A DNA stretch of 64,000 bases from the NCBI GenBank assembly GCA_963548835.1, contig CAUUVO010000002.1, forward strand, positions 782 through 64,781. The letters are read 5' to 3'. The position numbers and the translations under genes are program-made. The DNA is from an uncultured Candidatus Saccharibacteria bacterium (GTDB taxonomy: Bacteria; Patescibacteriota; Saccharimonadia; Saccharimonadales; Saccharimonadaceae). Positions 10,202 through 20,413 of the stretch are shown here, piece after piece. Position 1 is the first letter of the stretch, and every line of letters begins with the position of its first letter. Under the pieces are notes generated by a model. That model saw only the letters and a list, made by a program, of their open reading frames with translations. It had not been told where the DNA came from and searched no databases.

Positions 10202-11599
10202 TTAGTCTTCATAAGTTGAGATATTCTTAAAGAATTCTTCTGGCAGGTTAAAACCGAGAGCGCGGTTTCTAAGCATCCTTTCGACGCGTTTTCTAGCGTC
10301 CTGCTGCAATTCTTTATCTGCGACGCCTCGTTTTCTTGTGAGAATAATGCGAGCTAGGGTTTCTATTCTGTCGGTGTTAGGCGCTTGATCATGTAAAAAT
10401 TCTTCTTGCTCTGTTGATAAGGTATAATTGGCGTCTTGTGCACGACTAAAAGTAGTACTTCCGATAGGCTGTTTATGTAGGGCGTGATGAACGCGGCGAG
10501 CTGAAGTTTCGATACCGATACCTGGGGCATCTAGCCACCGTATATCATCCAGATGCGGGTTAGTTATCTCTGGTCTATATAGTTCTCTAAGAAATTTTGC
10601 TCCATATCTCATATAGCGTCGTCGTAAATGAGAACTTTCACCCATTAAGTCTTCTGGATAAAGACCGCCCGATGCCAGATATGTAGAAAGAGGAAATGCC
10701 AGTCCGCTTTCTTCAGCATAAATTCGATCTTCGATTGAATTTTCAGAGCTAAACCGCTGGCAAGCCACTCTTCTGAAAGCGCGTCGTACCATTTCGTCCA
10801 CAAACAAAAGCTTACTGTATGCGTCCCAATCTTGCGGACGAATCCCTTCAAGCCATTCCAGCGAATAATCAATGTCGGGATGGCAAAATCCGAAAGGATG
10901 CTTTTTGATATCTTGTTGAACCGTTCGTAGCGTGTTGGGACGGATGCGAGTTGTGTCGGCATCAAGCCATAATATAGGGTGGTCAATGTCGATCTCGCCA
11001 TCCATGAGTCGCGCGATGACAGCCTCCATGAAATTATTACGAACGACATTCATAATAAAGCCGTCGGTGCAGATAACTTCAAATGCCGTGCTAATTGTCA
11101 TCGCATCTGAGTTGAAGCTCGTGAATTGTTGACGCAAGCGGTCGTATAGCGGTTTACACTGTTTTTGCGTAAATTGTTTTTGGGAGGGCGTGGCTTTGGC
11201 GTTCGCCCAAACAACGACGTGGATACCATTTTCAACGCCAGCACTTGCTGCCGTTAATTGCTTCATTAGCCGCTCAATCGTTTCTGGTGTTTCGTGCCGA
11301 ATTGCTACCGGTACACAAATCGTCATGCCGGTGTTGGCGGGCTGTTTACTAATTGGCTCAATCTTTTCTTGGTTGGAGCGAATTTGTTTCTGCATATAGT
11401 CGCTTCGTACCTGTATGTAACGTTTTAATTCGTCAAAGTCGGTAAGGGTATATATATCTGAGGGTAGTGTATTGCTAGCACGCTTGTCGGTATAGAAAGC
11501 AACAGCAGCCTCAGTAGTGTCCTTGGGTGCATCTGAGAGGCCTTGTTTACTAGAGGAGGGCAACTCGAACGGGATTCTGGTAGTCGTTTTATAACGCAT
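10202..11599 (-). CDS. orphan GT-A (GT2-like) glycosyltransferase
   Basis: TICVPVA..E, VVVWAN, ILWLDADT (DxD), SGGL..ED, ETSARR. Confidence 0.6.
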   Translation of the reverse strand: MRYKTTTRIPFELPSSSKQGLSDAPKDTTEAAVAFYTDKRASNTLPSDIYTLTDFDELKRYIQVRSDYMQKQIRSNQEKIEPISKQPANTGMTICVPVAIRHETPETIERLMKQLTAASAGVENGIHVVVWANAKATPSQKQFTQKQCKPLYDRLRQQFTSFNSDAMTISTAFEVICTDGFIMNVVRNNFMEAVIARLMDGEIDIDHPILWLDADTTRIRPNTLRTVQQDIKKHPFGFCHPDIDYSLEWLEGIRPQDWDAYSKLLFVDEMVRRAFRRVACQRFSSENSIEDRIYAEESGLAFPLSTYLASGGLYPEDLMGESSHLRRRYMRYGAKFLRELYRPEITNPHLDDIRWLDAPGIGIETSARRVHHALHKQPIGSTTFSRAQDANYTLSTEQEEFLHDQAPNTDRIETLARIILTRKRGVADKELQQDARKRVERMLRNRALGFNLPEEFFKNISTYED

Positions 11600-11697
11600 T
11601 TTTTTATTATACCATAATATGATGTTTTTACGATTTAACAGGTTGGGGTAAGGTAAATTGTTGCTTCTTTTAAGATTTTTCCTGGTATAATAGGCGT

Positions 11698-13452
11698 ATG
11701 AAGCGACTTATATTGGGGATACTAATCGCTGGATCTCTGTTGATTGGATCTGGCCAAGCGGCGTTTGCGGCGCAGACGGATAATTTTACCATCACTAAAT
11801 TTGATGCGGAGTATTTATTGGGCCGCGACGGCGAGAATCGTTCAACTTTGGCGGCGACGTGGCGAATTACTGCTAATTTTCCGCCGAATCAAAATCACGG
11901 TATCGCGCCGATATTTGTGAAAAATTATGATGGGCATCCAACGAGTTTTTCTATAAAGTCGGTGACTGATGAGCGGGGTGCGTCGCTGAAGCATTCTTGG
12001 AATGGCAATGAGCTGCGGATTGGTGATAAGGACACCTACGTCAGAAGTGAAAAGACCTATATCATCAAATTTACCCAGCGCGACGTAACTAAGCATTATA
12101 AAGATACGAGCCGCGATGAGTTTTATTGGGATGTCATTGGTAATGAGTGGCGTGTACCAATGGAAAATGTGCGAGTGTCAATGAAAATTGACCGGTCGCT
12201 TCAGGCAGCGCAGCGCAGCGAACTATTCTGTTATGTTGGCAGGTACGGCTCAACTAAACGGTGTGATGTCAGCGGTGATAAGGGCGAGACTGTTACGAAC
12301 GTGAGCCGGCTGAACCGCCGGGAAGGTATAACGATGGCGGTTGGTTTTAATAGCGGTACGTTTTCTGAATATCAGGAGTCGTTGGTTGAGAGGCTGATAA
12401 AAATTTGGGCAATGGTACAGATACCAGCAAGTATTTTGGCAGTTATTTTGATGATTTGGTGCGGTTGGCGATACCGACGATTGTTTGGTAGGAAAAATGA
12501 ATTAAAGCCAATTCCGCCGGAATATCTGCCGCCAAATCAAGCGAGCGTGCTGGCTTCAGCGTATATCCTGAAGAAATATGACGCCTTGATGGTTAAGGGT
12601 TCGGCAAAGGTAGCTCAGATGTTGGATTTGGCGGTGCGTCATTATATCAAATTGTACGAAGTGAAAAAGGCGTCGTTTTTGCGGTCAGCGCAGTACGAAA
12701 TTGAAATTGTTAAAGATTTGAAAGAGCTGAGGCCTGAAGAGTCTGAGGTTGTCCGAGATATGTTTGGCTCGTCGATGCCAAATCCAGGCCAGCGGTTGAA
12801 TCTAAAAAAGCTGCAGAATAGTATGTCGTATGCGGCGCGGACACGCGATGATGATAAAAATTTGAAGAATTTGGTCCGTGGTAAATACGGTTTGTGCGAG
12901 CAAAAATCAGTGAATAAACGGATAGTACAGAAGTGGGCGATGGGAGTTGGTGTTATTGGCGTGTTGCTGCTGTCGCCGCTTTTACTGGCAGTGGCGGCAA
13001 TATTATTCGCGTTGTCATTTGGCTGGTCGCTGACTGATGAGGGTTTGGCGCTCAGGCGATATTTGGCAGGGTTAAAGATGTATATCGGTGCGGCTGAGAC
13101 CGAGCGTTTACAGATGCTTCAAAGTCCTGAGGGCGCGGAAAAAGTGAAGGTTGATGCGGCTAATGAGAAACAATTGGTGAAATTGTATGAGCGGGTATTG
13201 CCGTATGCGGTGTTGTTTGGGCAGGAGAAAGAGTGGAGTGCGCAGCTGGGCAAGTATTATGAGCAGGTCGGCGAGCAGCCGGATTGGTACAGCGGCCAGG
13301 GTGCTTTCAACGCAGCGGCATTTGCGGCTGGAATGAACAGCTTGTCAAGCGTGGCTAGTAGCGCCAGTGATTATTCGTCGACCTCTGGCGGCTCAACTGG
13401 CGGCGGCTTCGTTGGCGGAGGCGGTGGCGGCGGCGGAGGCGGTGGCTGGTAA
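11698..13452 (+). CDS. DUF2207-family membrane protein
   Basis: Signal peptide, EFYWDVIG, YERVLPYAVLFG, Gly-rich GGGGGGW C-terminus. Confidence 0.88.
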   Translation: MKRLILGILIAGSLLIGSGQAAFAAQTDNFTITKFDAEYLLGRDGENRSTLAATWRITANFPPNQNHGIAPIFVKNYDGHPTSFSIKSVTDERGASLKHSWNGNELRIGDKDTYVRSEKTYIIKFTQRDVTKHYKDTSRDEFYWDVIGNEWRVPMENVRVSMKIDRSLQAAQRSELFCYVGRYGSTKRCDVSGDKGETVTNVSRLNRREGITMAVGFNSGTFSEYQESLVERLIKIWAMVQIPASILAVILMIWCGWRYRRLFGRKNELKPIPPEYLPPNQASVLASAYILKKYDALMVKGSAKVAQMLDLAVRHYIKLYEVKKASFLRSAQYEIEIVKDLKELRPEESEVVRDMFGSSMPNPGQRLNLKKLQNSMSYAARTRDDDKNLKNLVRGKYGLCEQKSVNKRIVQKWAMGVGVIGVLLLSPLLLAVAAILFALSFGWSLTDEGLALRRYLAGLKMYIGAAETERLQMLQSPEGAEKVKVDAANEKQLVKLYERVLPYAVLFGQEKEWSAQLGKYYEQVGEQPDWYSGQGAFNAAAFAAGMNSLSSVASSASDYSSTSGGSTGGGFVGGGGGGGGGGGW

Positions 13453-13454
13453 CC

Positions 13455-14408
13455 GTGTCTGACGTTTTATTATTAATGATGGCGGCAGTGCTGCTGGTGC
13501 TGTCGGGATCGTTTTCAGGTCTTAATATTGGGTTGATGATGGCGCGGCCCGATGATTTGCGGCGCAAGGCCAGGCAGGGCGACGCAATCGCTGCCCGGGT
13601 CTATCGCTACCGCAAAGACGGATATTACCTGATTTTTTGTATCTTGCTGGGTAATGTTGGCGTCAATACGGCGATGTCGATTTTGCTGGGTAATATGACG
13701 AACGGCGTGGTTGGCGGGTTGATTGCCACATTACTGATCACCATGTTTGGCGAGATTTTGCCGCAGGCGATCTTTACTCAGCGCGGTTATCGTTTTGTAC
13801 GGCATTTCTTTTGGCTGCTGGATGTGATTTATGTGTTATTTTGGCCGCTGGCGAAGCCGATGTCCAAGCTGCTCAATCGTTGGGTGGGTAAGGAGACGCC
13901 GCAGCTGTATTCGCACCAGGAGCTGGAGCAGATTATTCATGAGCATGCTGAACGGTCGGATAGCCTGGTCGATTATGATGAGAGCCGGATCGCTGCGGGT
14001 GCGCTGCAATTTAGCAAAAAGACAGCTGGCGATTTGGTAAAGCCGATCGGTGAGGTGTTTACAGTGGATTTGGGTGATGAGCTGGACGCGACGCTACTGG
14101 CGCAAATTAAACACACTGGACATTCACGAATCCCGGTGCGTGATGATGGGCGGCTGGTGGGGATTTTATATGTCAAGGATGTGGCAGGGCGCGAGTTGCC
14201 GCTGCCAGTCAGTCAATTGTACCGCGATAAGATTCATGACATTGACGCGCGGTCGCGACTGGACACGGTGCTCAGTCGATTTATCCAAACCCGCAATCAC
14301 TTGTTTGTGGTGATGGATGACGAGAATGAGCTGGGGATTATCACGTTGGAGGACGTGATTGAGGAGATTTTGGATCAGGAAATTGAGGATGAGTATGATG
14401 AGGAATAG
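13455..14408 (+). CDS. CNNM/DUF21 + CBS domain protein (CorC/TlyC-like)
   Basis: SGSFSGLNIG, FGEILPQA, GHSRIPV, GIITLEDVIEEI. Confidence 0.9.
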   Translation: MSDVLLLMMAAVLLVLSGSFSGLNIGLMMARPDDLRRKARQGDAIAARVYRYRKDGYYLIFCILLGNVGVNTAMSILLGNMTNGVVGGLIATLLITMFGEILPQAIFTQRGYRFVRHFFWLLDVIYVLFWPLAKPMSKLLNRWVGKETPQLYSHQELEQIIHEHAERSDSLVDYDESRIAAGALQFSKKTAGDLVKPIGEVFTVDLGDELDATLLAQIKHTGHSRIPVRDDGRLVGILYVKDVAGRELPLPVSQLYRDKIHDIDARSRLDTVLSRFIQTRNHLFVVMDDENELGIITLEDVIEEILDQEIEDEYDEE

Positions 14409-14504
14409 GGTAGGTAATCTCTCGGCTTGCTGTAAAATAAAAATAAAAATCGAAGAATTCTAAGGGGTGGGTTGCTATTCAGGTTGTAAAATAGTCAAAA
14501 TAGC

Positions 14505-14547
14505 TTGACATTTAACAGTACCTTGTATAACATAGTACTATGTACAA
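14505..14547 (+). promoter_or_regulatory. promoter with palindromic operator (probably PadR site)
   Basis: TTGACA at 14505; AGTACCTTGT-ATA-ACATAGTACT (14517-14539) and ACATAGTACTATGT palindromes over the -10; padR lies in the downstream operon. Confidence 0.55.
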
Positions 14548-14568
14548 TAAAACTATAAGGAGTATGGC

Positions 14569-15867
14569 ATGAGAAGAATCGATATTATCAAGCGGGCGGG
14601 GCGGAATCTCCGCCAGTCAAAGGGTCGGACGATTTTGACGTCGCTGGCGATTTCGGTCGGGGCGTTTACGATTGGTCTGGCATTGATGGCTGGCGAAGGT
14701 GGTCGGTTATACACCAATAGTATGGTTGATGCGGCTGGCGATAAAAAAGTGATTATGGTCAATAAAAAAATCGAGTCAGAGAAGAAAGAAGAACTGCCAG
14801 AGTACAATACGTCGGAAGAGACTGGCGAAGAACAGCTGGATAAACAAAAGGTAGCGCGTCGTAGCAAGTATTCAATGAGCGATGCTGATATTGCTAAACT
14901 GCGAAAAATCTCGCATGTACAAGCTGTGACCCCAGCTTATTCAACTGCTGGTGTGGCGTACGCTAAGAGTTCGGGCAATGATAAGAAATTTGCCTTGGAA
15001 GTGGCAGTAAAGGCTGATAAAACGCGGGCAGAATTGGCGGCGGGTAAGCTGAACAATTTCATGCCAAAGCCGGGCGAAATTATCATCCCGAATGATTATG
15101 TTAAGCAACTGGGCTTCAAGGACGCGCAGTCGGCGATTGGACAGACGATTACGTTGGGTTTGCGTAGTGCGGAGCAGAGCGGCGAGGTTGCTAAGGAGAT
15201 GTCGCTGAAAATTACTGCGGTTGACAAAGAGTCGGATACGATTTTGTACTATCAGCCGACGCTGCGAATCTCGACCGCTGACGCTAAGGAAATCTACGAA
15301 TTTAGCCATGATAAAAGCCAGCCAAATGAATATTCAACGGCGATTGCTATGGTTGATGATGAGAAAAATATCGATGCGGTGAAGGACGAAATTAGCAAAG
15401 ACTACAGCGCCTATTCGATTCAGGATGTGCGCAAGACGCTGCTCACCATGGTTAACGCGGCGCAAGCGGCGCTGGCGGGATTTGGCGGTTTGGCGCTGCT
15501 GGCGAGCGTGTTCGGGATTATCAACACTATGTATATTTCAGTGTTGGAGCGTACCAGCCAAATTGGTTTAATGAAGGCGCTGGGGATGCGTGGCCGCGAT
15601 ATTGGCAAGTTATTCCGCTACGAGGCGGCGTGGGTTGGTTTGCTGGGCGGCTTGATTGGCGTCGGACTGGCAAGTTTGGTGACGCTGCTGAATCCAGTGA
15701 TTGCCAGCGCGCTGAAGTTAAGCGCAGGGACGAACTTGCTGGTGATTAATCCGCTGCAAATCGGACTGTTGGTAATCGGACTGGTGGTGATGGCAATAAT
15801 TTCTGGCTGGTTACCAAGCCGCAAAGCAACAAAATTGGACCCAATTGAAGCATTAAGGACGGAATAG
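14569..15867 (+). CDS. ABC transporter permease (MacB/FtsX family)
   Basis: RTILTSLAISVG, GIINTMYISVLERT, KLDPIEALRTE. Confidence 0.92.
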   Translation: MRRIDIIKRAGRNLRQSKGRTILTSLAISVGAFTIGLALMAGEGGRLYTNSMVDAAGDKKVIMVNKKIESEKKEELPEYNTSEETGEEQLDKQKVARRSKYSMSDADIAKLRKISHVQAVTPAYSTAGVAYAKSSGNDKKFALEVAVKADKTRAELAAGKLNNFMPKPGEIIIPNDYVKQLGFKDAQSAIGQTITLGLRSAEQSGEVAKEMSLKITAVDKESDTILYYQPTLRISTADAKEIYEFSHDKSQPNEYSTAIAMVDDEKNIDAVKDEISKDYSAYSIQDVRKTLLTMVNAAQAALAGFGGLALLASVFGIINTMYISVLERTSQIGLMKALGMRGRDIGKLFRYEAAWVGLLGGLIGVGLASLVTLLNPVIASALKLSAGTNLLVINPLQIGLLVIGLVVMAIISGWLPSRKATKLDPIEALRTE

Positions 15868-15877
15868 GAGAGAGATC

Positions 15878-16576
15878 ATGATTGAACTAAAGAATGTGAC
15901 GAAAATTTACGGCAAAAAGAAAAACCAATTTACGGCACTGAAAAATGTCAGCTTGAACATTCCGACGGGCGCGAGCGTGGCGATCCTCGGCAAATCTGGT
16001 TCTGGAAAATCGACGCTGATGCACGCGATCTCTGGGCTGGACAGGCCACAGCATGGTCAGGTGATCATCGACGGGCAAGACATCTTGCAGCTAAAGTCAA
16101 AGCATGTCGATGAGTTTCGCGCCAAGAAAATCGGCTTTATCTTTCAGAGCTTTTTTGTCCAAGGCAATGAGAGCGTGGTTGACAACGTCAGTTTGCCGCT
16201 GGAAATTGCGCGGCTGCCGCGCAAAAAGCGGGCGCACAAAATCAACGCGGCGCTCAAGGCGGTGGACTTGTATGATAAGCGCAAGAACCGTGCTAAGGAT
16301 TTGTCGGGCGGGCAAAAGCAGCGTTTGGCAATCGCCCGGGCAATTGTCGGTGATCCGCAAATCATTTTTGCCGACGAACCGACTGGTAACTTGGACAGTG
16401 AAACGGGCGCCAAAGTAGAAGAATTGTTGTTTGATTATAATAAGCAAAAGGGCGTGACGTTGATCGTGGTGACACACGACGCTGATTTGGCGAAAAAATG
16501 CGATTATCAGGTTATAATTAAAGACGGGCGGGTTGAGAAATCGACCGTGCCAGAGGAGAGAAAACATGGACGTTAG
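15878..16576 (+). CDS. ABC transporter ATP-binding protein (LolD/MacB-like)
   Basis: [27 protein letters not shown]. Confidence 0.94.
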   Translation: MIELKNVTKIYGKKKNQFTALKNVSLNIPTGASVAILGKSGSGKSTLMHAISGLDRPQHGQVIIDGQDILQLKSKHVDEFRAKKIGFIFQSFFVQGNESVVDNVSLPLEIARLPRKKRAHKINAALKAVDLYDKRKNRAKDLSGGQKQRLAIARAIVGDPQIIFADEPTGNLDSETGAKVEELLFDYNKQKGVTLIVVTHDADLAKKCDYQVIIKDGRVEKSTVPEERKHGR

Positions 16577-16913
16577 TGCTTACGCTGAAAGCTTGGCGAT
16601 TCAGCTGCGCAAAGGATTTTTGGTCTACTGTGTGCTGCTAGTTTGTGCTAAACAACCGCAATATACCGGCGACATTGTGAAGCAATTGAGCGAGTCGGAG
16701 CTGATGGTGGTTGAGGGGACAATTTATCCGCTGCTCAGCCGCTTGCAAAAATACGGCTATTTGCAACACGAATGGCAGGAAAGCGAGCAAGGTCCGCCAC
16801 GCAAATATTATTCGCTGACTGACAATGGCAAGCAATTGGTGGATGAATTGAAAGATCGGATAAAACTGTTAAATAATTCGCTGAAAAATCTCGAGAAAGG
16901 AGCAAAGCGATGA
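16566..16913 (+). CDS. PadR-family transcriptional regulator
   Basis: QLRKG, EGTIYPLLSRL, GPPRKYYSLT. Confidence 0.92.
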   Translation: MDVSAYAESLAIQLRKGFLVYCVLLVCAKQPQYTGDIVKQLSESELMVVEGTIYPLLSRLQKYGYLQHEWQESEQGPPRKYYSLTDNGKQLVDELKDRIKLLNNSLKNLEKGAKR

Positions 16914-18241
16914 AAGAAATAACCAGAATCCATTTGGCGAAAACGCCGTTTAGCGCGGAGATTGATGCCAAAAAATCATTGGAGAAATACCTTAATTCAA
17001 TTCAAAAAAATATGCATGCCGAGCCGGAAGCCATGCAAGAAATTGAAGCGCGAATGGTGGAGCTTTTGGCGGAGCGCGGCGTGGCAAAGGATGGCGTGAT
17101 CAGTCACGATGACGTCCTGGCGGTGCAAAAACAAATGGGCGAACCGCGCGATTTCTCGGATGATGCCAGCGAAGCGATTGATGAGATAGAAGATAAAGAT
17201 ATTGATGATAAGCCAGCGAAACAATTGATGCGCGATCCAAATAACGCGATTATCGGTGGCGTATGTGCGGGCGTGGCGGCGTATTTTAACATCAATCCGC
17301 TGTGGGTGCGGTTAATTGCCATTATATCGCCGTTTATGACATTTGGTACGGCAGTACTGATTTATGTGGTGATGTGGCTGTCGATGCCGCCAGCGCGAAC
17401 GGCGTCGGACAAGCTTCGGATGCGCGGCGAACCAGTGACTCTGGCTTCGCTAAAAAAAGCGGCAGTTGATGAAGCTTCGGCGATGACTGATGGCGGCGGG
17501 GCAACGGTTGTTGCTAAGATTTTCCGCTACTCTGCCGGCGCGCTGATTTTCTTGATGACGCTGGCTGTGTTGTTTGGGCTGATTGTTGGCGGGGCATTTG
17601 GCGTTTCGTTAGTTAATTTGCTTGATGGCTTGAACGCGCAAATGTGGGCGTGGGGACTATGGTTCTCGCTGGCGATTGGCGGCATTGCTGCGGTGGTGCT
17701 GGGCATGGTGCTGGCGCGCAGCGTATTTACGTGGACGATGAACCGCGTGTCGATGATCGCGATGATTGCAGCGACAATTGTTATTTCTATGAGTATGGCA
17801 AGTGCCGGGATTTTCGGCATGCAGACTGGCTCGGAATTTTCTTATGAAACGCAGCACTTGACTAGGAAAATGGACGTTAAAATGCCGGATACAAACGGCG
17901 TTAAATCAATTGTAATTGAAGGCGCAATGGGCAGCGTGGTTCGCACGGATTCCGACAAGCTGCGAGTCGAAGCTAGTTATCTGAACTTGCCAAGCGTCAA
18001 AAAACCGACTATCAAAGCTCGCCGCGACGGCGACCGGCTAATATTGTCCGTCGATGAAGAATGTCCGCGAACGATGTTCTTTGGCGGCTGCCGGGTGTTT
18101 AGCACGTTAGCCAACTTTAAGATATATGCGCCAGCTAGTATTAACGTTAACGTGAACGGACCGGCGCGTTCATATTACGAAGAGGGTATACCGGAAAATA
18201 TGCACATTGATGCTGAATCTACCAAAACAATATTTGAATGA
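16910..18241 (+). CDS. PspC-domain membrane protein
   Basis: IGGVCAGVAAYFNINPLWVRL; N-terminal EIEARMVEL...MGEP. Confidence 0.85.
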   Translation: MKEITRIHLAKTPFSAEIDAKKSLEKYLNSIQKNMHAEPEAMQEIEARMVELLAERGVAKDGVISHDDVLAVQKQMGEPRDFSDDASEAIDEIEDKDIDDKPAKQLMRDPNNAIIGGVCAGVAAYFNINPLWVRLIAIISPFMTFGTAVLIYVVMWLSMPPARTASDKLRMRGEPVTLASLKKAAVDEASAMTDGGGATVVAKIFRYSAGALIFLMTLAVLFGLIVGGAFGVSLVNLLDGLNAQMWAWGLWFSLAIGGIAAVVLGMVLARSVFTWTMNRVSMIAMIAATIVISMSMASAGIFGMQTGSEFSYETQHLTRKMDVKMPDTNGVKSIVIEGAMGSVVRTDSDKLRVEASYLNLPSVKKPTIKARRDGDRLILSVDEECPRTMFFGGCRVFSTLANFKIYAPASINVNVNGPARSYYEEGIPENMHIDAESTKTIFE

Positions 18242-18288
18242 TTGTCCTGCTAATGCTACACTTGAAAGATGAAAGGTAATTTTTAAGC

Positions 18289-19128
18289 GTGACTTGGTGG
18301 CAGGCGATTGTCCTTGGTATTGTTGAAGGAATTACGGAGTTTTTGCCGATTTCTTCGACTGGACATTTGACGATTGTCGAGAAATTGATGGGGATGAAAA
18401 TCGATGATCCGAGTGTGGTGGCATTTACGGCGGTTATCCAAATTGGGGCAATTCTGGCGGCGGTAATTTATTTCTGGAGCGATATTTGGCGGATTCTGCA
18501 AGCCTGGTGGCGCGGGCTGTGGTGGAAGCGAGCGCGCCGGAAGTTTGATTATAAATACGGCTGGGCGATTATAATTGGCTCAATTCCTATCGCTGTCGTC
18601 GGTTTATTGTTTAAGCATGAAGTTGAGACGGTGCTGAGGAGCTTGTGGTTTGTGGCGATCGGGCTGATCGGATGGAGCGTGGTGATGTGGCTGGCGGATA
18701 ATCGGGCGGCAAAAAATAAGCGAAATGAAGTCGAGACGAACTGGAAGGATACGCTGGCGATTGGTATGGGACAATGTTTGTCGCTGATTCCTGGAGTCAG
18801 CCGTTCTGGCGCGACAATTTCTGTTGGTTTGTTCCGCGGATTTGATCGCGTGTCGGTCACTAAGCTAAGCTTTTTCTTAGGAATTCCGGCTTTGGTGGCG
18901 GCGGGATTATTGGAGGTCGTCACCAAGTATAAGCACATTTCCGGCGGCGTCGGCTGGACATCAACTATCATTGCCACGGTAGTTTCTTTCGGCGTGGGAT
19001 ATATGGCAGTGTCCTGGCTGCTTAAGTTTATCCAAAGCAATAATTTTCGTTCGTTCATAATTTATCGATTTGTGCTGGGGTTGGCGATAATAGGGCTGCT
19101 TGGCGCAGGTATAATCTCTCACGTTTAA
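18289..19128 (+). CDS. uppP: undecaprenyl-diphosphate phosphatase
   Basis: GIVEGITEFLPISSTGH, PGVSRSGATI. Confidence 0.96.
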   Translation: MTWWQAIVLGIVEGITEFLPISSTGHLTIVEKLMGMKIDDPSVVAFTAVIQIGAILAAVIYFWSDIWRILQAWWRGLWWKRARRKFDYKYGWAIIIGSIPIAVVGLLFKHEVETVLRSLWFVAIGLIGWSVVMWLADNRAAKNKRNEVETNWKDTLAIGMGQCLSLIPGVSRSGATISVGLFRGFDRVSVTKLSFFLGIPALVAAGLLEVVTKYKHISGGVGWTSTIIATVVSFGVGYMAVSWLLKFIQSNNFRSFIIYRFVLGLAIIGLLGAGIISHV

Positions 19129-19153
19129 GCAGAAGTTGTTATATAATTAAGAC

Positions 19154-20395
19154 ATGTTAGATATCAAATTTATTAGAGAAAATGCTGATTTGGTGCAAAA
19201 GTCGGCAAATGACAAGGGGTACGCGGTCGATATTGCAACAATGTTGCAATTAGATGACGAGCGCCGCGACCTGCAAAAACAGGTGGAGGCACTGCGTGAA
19301 CAGCGGAATGCAATTTCAGCGAAGATGAAAGGCGGTCGCCCGGATCAGGAGCTAATTGACCAGGGAAAACAGCTGAAAATTGAGTTGGCAGAGCGTGAAG
19401 GTTACTTAAAGTCCACTGAGGAAAAAGTAGCCGCAATCCTGAAAAACGTGCCGAACATCACCTTTGACGACGTGCCGCTTGGCGGCGAGGAAGATTCGGT
19501 TGAGGTAAAGGCTTACGGCGAGCGTAAAACGGGCGCCAAGGATCATTTGGATTATGCTGTTAGTCGCGGCTGGGTGGACTTTGAGCGCGGCGCGAAAGTA
19601 GCTGGCGCGAAGTTTTATTACCTTAAAGGCGATTTGGCGCTGTTGGAAAATGCTATCACACAATTTGCGCTGGATTATGTCATGAAACAAGGCTTTACGT
19701 TCATGACCGTGCCGCACATGGTGAATATGCGCACGGCTGAGGGCGCTGGCTTTACGCCGAAGGGCGAGGGTAGCAACGAATACGTCGTTGAAGGCGAGGA
19801 TTTGACGCTGATTGGGACGGCGGAAATGCCGCTGACGGGCTATCATGCTGATGAGATTTTGGACGAGAAAGATTTGCCGCTGCTCTACGCTGGGTATAGC
19901 CCATGCTATCGCAGGGAAGCAGGCACGTACGGCAAGCACACGCGCGGATTATTTCGAGTACATCAATTCAATAAATTGGAAATGTACGCGTTTTGTCTGC
20001 CGGAACAGTCCAAGGAGATCCATGAAAAAATCCTCAGCGTCGAGGAAGCACTGTGGCAGCAAATTGGTATTTCGTACCACGTGGTAAATATCGCGGCGGG
20101 TGACTTGGGCGCGCCAGCTGCCAAAAAGTATGACATTGAATATTGGTCGCCGGTTGATCAGACCTACCGCGAGCTGACGAGCTGCTCGAATTGTACGGAT
20201 TATCAAGCGCGCGGTTTGAATATTCGGGTGCGGCGAGCGGACGGCAGCATTGAGTCGGTCCACACCTTAAACGGTACGGCGGTTTCGTTGGCGCGGTCAT
20301 TGGTGGTGATTTTGGAGAATTTCCAGAACGAGGACGGCAGTTTGACAGTGCCAGAGGTACTTCGTCCGTATATGAATGGCCGCGAGGTGATATAA
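19154..20395 (+). CDS. serS: seryl-tRNA synthetase
   Basis: MLDIKFIREN, GTAE, YRREAG, RVHQFNKLE, SCSNCTDYQAR, HTLNGT. Confidence 0.97.
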   Translation: MLDIKFIRENADLVQKSANDKGYAVDIATMLQLDDERRDLQKQVEALREQRNAISAKMKGGRPDQELIDQGKQLKIELAEREGYLKSTEEKVAAILKNVPNITFDDVPLGGEEDSVEVKAYGERKTGAKDHLDYAVSRGWVDFERGAKVAGAKFYYLKGDLALLENAITQFALDYVMKQGFTFMTVPHMVNMRTAEGAGFTPKGEGSNEYVVEGEDLTLIGTAEMPLTGYHADEILDEKDLPLLYAGYSPCYRREAGTYGKHTRGLFRVHQFNKLEMYAFCLPEQSKEIHEKILSVEEALWQQIGISYHVVNIAAGDLGAPAAKKYDIEYWSPVDQTYRELTSCSNCTDYQARGLNIRVRRADGSIESVHTLNGTAVSLARSLVVILENFQNEDGSLTVPEVLRPYMNGREVI

Positions 20396-20413
20396 TAGGT
20401 ATTAGGAGGGTAT

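Noticed and set aside
13385..13452. GGC-rich simple repeat as a contingency locus
   Set aside because: It encodes the usual Gly-rich tail of DUF2207 proteins.
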